Below the pieces are notes generated by a model. The model saw only the letters and a program-made list of their open reading frames with translations, ran no database searches and was not told the origin of the DNA. This document shows, one piece after another, positions 7,421-11,395 of a stretch of DNA of 11,395 nt. The translations under genes were made by a program, and so were the position numbers. How positions within the stretch are numbered: position 1 is the stretch's first letter; the number at the start of each line of letters is the position of its first letter. Origin of the DNA: a virus; UHGV virus genome UHGV-0117955; one strand, given 5' to 3'.

Positions 7421-10153
7421 ATGACAGACATTACAGCTAATGTTGTAGTGAGTATGCCTTCGCAACTCTTCACTATGGCTCGTTCTTTTAAAGCCGTAGC
7501 TAATGGCAAAATTTATATCGGTAAAATTGACACTGACCCTGTAAATCCTGAAAACCAGATTCAGGTTTATGTGGAGAACGAAGACGGTTCTCACGTTCCT
7601 GTTGCACAGCCAATCGTCATTAATGCTGCTGGATATCCGGTATATAACGGGCAGATTGCCAAATTCGTAACTGTGCAAGGCCATTCTATGGCTGTATATG
7701 ATGCGTATGGCACGCAGCAGTTCTATTTCCCTAATGTGCTGAAGTATGACCCGGATCAGTTACGGCAGCAATTAGAAGATCCTGATGGTGCTAAAAAATA
7801 CCCTGAATTACAGATTGCACGATGGCGGGATGATAAAGACGTTCGCGGGTGGGGGGCGGATGACTCTGGGAATAGAGATTCAACACAGGCTTTTCTTGAC
7901 GCCGCATCTAGCGCAGGAAAGAGTGGTTTGGTTCATGTGCCTTCTGGTGAGTTTATAGTTGATGCATCGAAAATAGATATTTCACGCTTCTCCGGTGATG
8001 GTGTTCTAATCAGTAATGGTGTTCGCATTTCTGTTAATCCGCCGATGCAAAGTTTCTCCATTGGACAAAGAAAACTTGCGACCCTGAATTTTGGTGATGA
8101 TATCAATGCGCCAACTATATATGCGAATGCACAAAATGCATTGCAGGGAATAGCTTGTGTAAGGCATGAAGGTATTGAGAAGGTTTTTATCACTCAACAG
8201 GTTGGAGGTTCTAACTGGGGAAAGGACACCCTCACAAGGATCAGTGAGTGGCACTATACAAGCGATGGTTCAACTCTTTATGTTGTGACATTTACAGAGC
8301 CATTGCCTCTTGGTCACGGTTCAGATCTTTCTGCCACAATAGAGAACGGTGAACTATATCTGTTTACAACAACAATTGCTGAGACTGGTTCCTCTCTAGG
8401 AGGGAAGGGGTATTCAAAGACAAAATGGAAAGGGGCATCAACATCTGCTGAAGATATAACTCATTACCGAGTATTTGGTGAGCCGGGTGATAATAATCTG
8501 ATTAACCTTGCGCAGCGGGCAAGTATTTGTGTATCTAATGATGGGCGATATGTCATATTAATTGCGACATCAAACGCTGGGACTGGCCGCTTTTTATACG
8601 TATATGATCGCAAAGAAGTGGAATCTTCTTCTAACCCAATGAAAGTTAGACCGATTAATGGTCCTGTTCCACTTGTCCGTGGTAAAGGTCAGTATGGTGC
8701 AACACTTCAGGGTATTACATCAGATAGCAGATATATTTACACAATTTGGGGTGGCGTTCCTGCAAGATGCGTAAGGACAGTACAGATTTATGATATGGGT
8801 GGTACGCTAATACGTTCATTTCCTGTATCACTTGCCGCATCACTTTATACAGAGACTCAGTTAAATGGTTCTGACTCTAAAATCGGAGTTCCGGTTAGCT
8901 TTGAGCCTGAAGGGCTGGCAATAAGAGGTGATGAACTTGTCTGTGGTGCTATGGATGTATGGAAAAGCGCAGGGGATGTTGTAAGCCATCGTGGTAAAAA
9001 TTGGGTAAGTATTGTTACTGGTGATAACAAGGGAAATCTTCCGACAAACAGGTCTTATTGGTTAAAAACATCGCTTGCAGCGACAAGTGGTGAATGGGAT
9101 TCAGGCGCAACATATAAATCAGGTGATTATACTCGCAGAAATAAGCATCTGTTTGGAATAGCAAACCTGTCTGATATTCTTGGCAACCATCCAGTGCATG
9201 GTGCAGAATCCGATCCGTATACCGGAACCGCGCATCAATATTATGCTGGAACTGATATCGCCTTTAACCGTGAGCACGGTTCATTTACTATTGCGATATT
9301 TGACGAAGCCATTGGAGAGTATACCAAATCCCTCGAGTTGAATTATGGAAATAACCTTAACCTGTTTGATACAGATTACGGACATGACAATAATTCATGG
9401 GTAAGTACGAAAGCAGTATTCGACTCAAACTTTCGAGGTATGCAGTTCCGTTCTAAAGATGGGAATACTGCGGGTGGTGCTTATATTGATATCCATGCTG
9501 CTGATTGTCCATCTGCGGCTGGTGAGTTGATACTTGCCTCTACAGATGGAGGTGTCGTCAGACTTAAGCAGGGGAATGTAACAGTATTTTCTGCGACTAA
9601 AGATACTACATCGACATGGGCGACGACGACATTAAGGCCAACAACTGATAACCAGGTATCACTTGGAAGGTCCGTTAACCGCTTTTCTCAGGTCTACGCA
9701 GGGACTGCAACTATAAATACATCTGATGCAACAGAGAAAACGGAAGTCAGAACTCTTTCCGATAAAGAGCAGGCGGTTGGGTTAGCTCTTGTTGATGAAA
9801 TTGGTTTTTATCAATGGCTTGATAGTGTAAAAAATAAGGGAGCTGATGCCAGACTTCATGCCGGACTTACGGTGCAACGGGCAATGGAAATATTCAGAGA
9901 GAATGGACTTGATCCATTTAAATACGGAGCGATCTGCTATGACAGATGGGATGCATATGCAGATACAGATCCTGCTATTTATGATGATAAAGGTAACCTT
10001 GTTCGTGAGGCTATAACTATTACGCATGAAGCAGGAGAACGCTATGCATTCAGAAATGATGAATTACAGTATCTAATGATTGCTGCATTAGGTATACGTC
10101 AGAAAAATATTATAAAGAGGATTGAAGAACTGGAAAATAAGCTTGCAAATTAA
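7421..10153 (+). CDS. Tailspike protein: P22-type N-terminal head-binding domain fused to a divergent receptor-binding/depolymerase body
   Basis: GGAG at 7409-7412, ATG at 7421. The first ~115 aa ([11 protein letters not shown]…[39 protein letters not shown]…[13 protein letters not shown]…NVLKYDPDQ) are near-identical in pattern to the N-terminus of P22 gp9 as recalled. The rest (about 795 aa, against 667 aa total in P22) is unlike the P22 endorhamnosidase body. The last ~142 aa resemble a C-terminal intramolecular chaperone module: a TSD motif at Ser768 (nt 9722-9724), then [20 protein letters not shown] and a terminal coiled-coil-like [14 protein letters not shown]. Confidence 0.85.
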   Translation: MTDITANVVVSMPSQLFTMARSFKAVANGKIYIGKIDTDPVNPENQIQVYVENEDGSHVPVAQPIVINAAGYPVYNGQIAKFVTVQGHSMAVYDAYGTQQFYFPNVLKYDPDQLRQQLEDPDGAKKYPELQIARWRDDKDVRGWGADDSGNRDSTQAFLDAASSAGKSGLVHVPSGEFIVDASKIDISRFSGDGVLISNGVRISVNPPMQSFSIGQRKLATLNFGDDINAPTIYANAQNALQGIACVRHEGIEKVFITQQVGGSNWGKDTLTRISEWHYTSDGSTLYVVTFTEPLPLGHGSDLSATIENGELYLFTTTIAETGSSLGGKGYSKTKWKGASTSAEDITHYRVFGEPGDNNLINLAQRASICVSNDGRYVILIATSNAGTGRFLYVYDRKEVESSSNPMKVRPINGPVPLVRGKGQYGATLQGITSDSRYIYTIWGGVPARCVRTVQIYDMGGTLIRSFPVSLAASLYTETQLNGSDSKIGVPVSFEPEGLAIRGDELVCGAMDVWKSAGDVVSHRGKNWVSIVTGDNKGNLPTNRSYWLKTSLAATSGEWDSGATYKSGDYTRRNKHLFGIANLSDILGNHPVHGAESDPYTGTAHQYYAGTDIAFNREHGSFTIAIFDEAIGEYTKSLELNYGNNLNLFDTDYGHDNNSWVSTKAVFDSNFRGMQFRSKDGNTAGGAYIDIHAADCPSAAGELILASTDGGVVRLKQGNVTVFSATKDTTSTWATTTLRPTTDNQVSLGRSVNRFSQVYAGTATINTSDATEKTEVRTLSDKEQAVGLALVDEIGFYQWLDSVKNKGADARLHAGLTVQRAMEIFRENGLDPFKYGAICYDRWDAYADTDPAIYDDKGNLVREAITITHEAGERYAFRNDELQYLMIAALGIRQKNIIKRIEELENKLAN

Positions 10154-10235
10154 CTATTTTACTGACACCTTAAGTCTCAATATTACCAATTGAAGTCTAT
10201 GTTTTTTGGGTGTTTTAGTAATTTGTTATAGATAA

Positions 10236-10274
10236 ATGTCACTCCTTAAAGATATCGCATTCTAGGAGTGACAT
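10236..10274. repeat. Perfect 11-bp inverted repeat (stem-loop) between convergent genes
   Basis: ATGTCACTCCT (10236-10246) and AGGAGTGACAT (10264-10274) flank a 17-nt loop containing GATATC. It lies between the tailspike stop (10153) and the acetyltransferase stop (10309). No clean T-tract on either side, so it is not a canonical intrinsic terminator. Confidence 0.6.
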
Positions 10275-10308
10275 GTGATTTACTTGTCGTTCAATATATG
10301 GTGTGTTT

Positions 10309-11019
10309 TTATTGTTTTTCTTTTGTTAGGTTCCAATATTCACTTGTGGTTTTTATGGAGTCCTTATTAGGCTTTACATAAGGTTTATGTATGGAGAGAT
10401 GAGGTCTTTCCCAGGCAATGTCTTTTTTTATTACTCTTGCTGGAACTCCTGCTGCAATAGAGTTATTTGGGACGTGTCCTTTAACAACAGCTGCATAGCC
10501 AATAACACTACCACTTTCGATTTCTGCACCACCAAGTATTGCCGCTCGGCGGCCAACCCAGACATGACTTCCAATATAAATAGATTTTGGCATATTTATA
10601 CGTTCACCTGTTACTACACTAAAAATAGGGTGGGAGTCATCAGTTTTAACTTCATTTCCACTTGAAAACATGCAGTCATCGCCAATAATTATGCTTGAGT
10701 TTTCTACAGCAGAAATCATACCTTTACCAGTGCAAGTGAAATCAGAGCCTATTTTTATGGAGGAATTCTCACCCACTCTTATATGGGCTTGTATACCTTT
10801 GTTTGCGATATGGCATGGGCCAATTTCAAAATACCCATTGTTGCAGTCAAAATATATCTCAAAATATTTTAATGATGCATCTTTATGAATGATAAGTTTA
10901 TTATTAGATCCTCTAAACTGAATTAGTTTGACGTCACAACTACCTTCGTACTGGATCTCATTACCCATTTCATCAGAATACTTCTCTGCTTTTGTTAAAA
11001 CAACTTTTCTAATTTTCAT
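10309..11019 (-). CDS. Hexapeptide-repeat (left-handed beta-helix) acyl/acetyltransferase; candidate lysogenic-conversion enzyme
   Basis: The C-terminal half carries typical hexapeptide-repeat motifs (IGDDCMFSSGNEV…IYIGSHVWVGRRAAILGGAEIESGSVIGYAAVVKGHVPNNSIAAGVPARVI). Strongly AT-rich relative to the structural genes. The track ORF begins at a TTG (11043); the first ATG is at 11019 (MKIRKVVL…), and neither has a strong Shine-Dalgarno sequence, so the start is uncertain. Stop TAA at 10309-10311. Confidence 0.75.
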   Translation of the reverse strand: MKIRKVVLTKAEKYSDEMGNEIQYEGSCDVKLIQFRGSNNKLIIHKDASLKYFEIYFDCNNGYFEIGPCHIANKGIQAHIRVGENSSIKIGSDFTCTGKGMISAVENSSIIIGDDCMFSSGNEVKTDDSHPIFSVVTGERINMPKSIYIGSHVWVGRRAAILGGAEIESGSVIGYAAVVKGHVPNNSIAAGVPARVIKKDIAWERPHLSIHKPYVKPNKDSIKTTSEYWNLTKEKQ

Positions 11020-11091
11020 ATTATCAATAAGTAAAAAATGCAAATGAAAATTTCAAATTTACATTATCTGGCGAGGTAATGCAACACGGAT

Positions 11092-11147
11092 GATTGGGGG
11101 GGCAGTATAATCACAATATCAACTAAAACATACCAGATGGGGGGGCA
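11092..11147. repeat. Two homopolymeric G7 tracts in a repeated GAT(T)GGGGGGGCA motif
   Basis: GATTGGGGGGGCA (11092-11104) and GATGGGGGGGCA (11136-11147), with the G7 runs at 11096-11102 and 11139-11145. TATAAT at 11106-11111 lies between them. Located 50-130 bp upstream of the acetyltransferase start, on the opposite strand. Confidence 0.6.
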
Positions 11148-11263
11148 TGCCTCATCGAAGTAAGGCAATTTTGGACACTGTCAAATAGAATGGTGCAATC
11201 ACTACTTTTTTGGTGTTACCATGATTTTAATGGATGAAAAACTTGCTGTGTCAGTTTTTCATC

Positions 11264-11284
11264 TGTGTACCAGATTGTGTACCA
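11264..11284. repeat. Tandem direct repeat TGTGTACCA x2
   Basis: TGTGTACCA at 11264-11272 and 11276-11284, separated by GAT. It lies in the AT-rich non-coding region upstream of a gene start at the window edge (AAGGA at 11381-11385, ATG at 11391). Confidence 0.5.
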
Positions 11285-11395
11285 ATTTAGCGATTGTTGG
11301 CTAGATGGTATCGTAATCAACTGTAAATAAACAAGTTTTCTCTTTGTATGTGATCTTTCGTGTGGGTCACCACTGCAAATAAGGATATAAAATGC

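Noticed and set aside
7289-7684. 132-codon N-terminal extension of the - strand ORF 7031..7684, overlapping the tailspike start
   Set aside because: Only the C-terminal 85 aa resemble Mnt. The extension has no motif, lies antisense to the well-supported tailspike start, and the internal ATG at 7288 has its own GAGG ribosome-binding site. It is most likely a chance open frame.
7933-10027. - strand ORFs 7933..8193, 8006..8254 and 9782..10027 inside the tailspike
   Set aside because: Antisense shadow ORFs within a 910-codon gene.
10387-10888. + strand ORFs 10387..10665 and 10670..10888 opposite the acetyltransferase
   Set aside because: Antisense to a gene with clear hexapeptide-repeat motifs; low-complexity translations.
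11044-11395. Possible tRNA fragment or attachment core at the 3' end of the window
   Set aside because: I looked for a T-arm (GGTTCGANTCC) or acceptor-stem-like sequence and found none, so no attachment site is called.
1-11395. CRISPR arrays, insertion sequences or transposases
   Set aside because: No spaced direct repeats of CRISPR type and no transposase-like ORF or terminal inverted repeats were seen.

Overview
This window reads as the right-arm end of a P22-like (Lederbergvirus-type) enterobacterial phage or prophage; all calls rest on reading the sequence and ORF translations by eye, with no database search run. On the + strand three co-directional genes match the P22 ejection-protein trio (gp7-, gp20-, gp16-like; 231, 488 and 610 aa). 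An immI-like immunity region follows: an AT-rich four-helix membrane protein in the sieA position (- strand), a Mnt-like ribbon-helix-helix repressor (-), a divergent overlapping promoter/operator region, an Arc-like repressor (+), a Bro-N antirepressor-like gene (+), a second antirepressor-like gene (+), a coupled 73-aa ORF (+), and a second Mnt-like repressor (-) that is the closer match to P22 Mnt. Next is a 910-aa tailspike with a P22-type N-terminal head-binding domain fused to a different receptor-binding body, then a convergent AT-rich hexapeptide-repeat acetyltransferase (-). The window ends in an AT-rich non-coding region with two G7 tracts, a tandem 9-mer repeat and a gene start at the edge. 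The most interesting candidates are the composite immunity region with two Mnt-like repressors and extra cargo, the membrane protein as a possible superinfection-exclusion factor, and the tailspike plus acetyltransferase pair as a possible receptor-targeting and receptor-modifying conversion module. No rRNA, tRNA, CRISPR array or transposase was seen.
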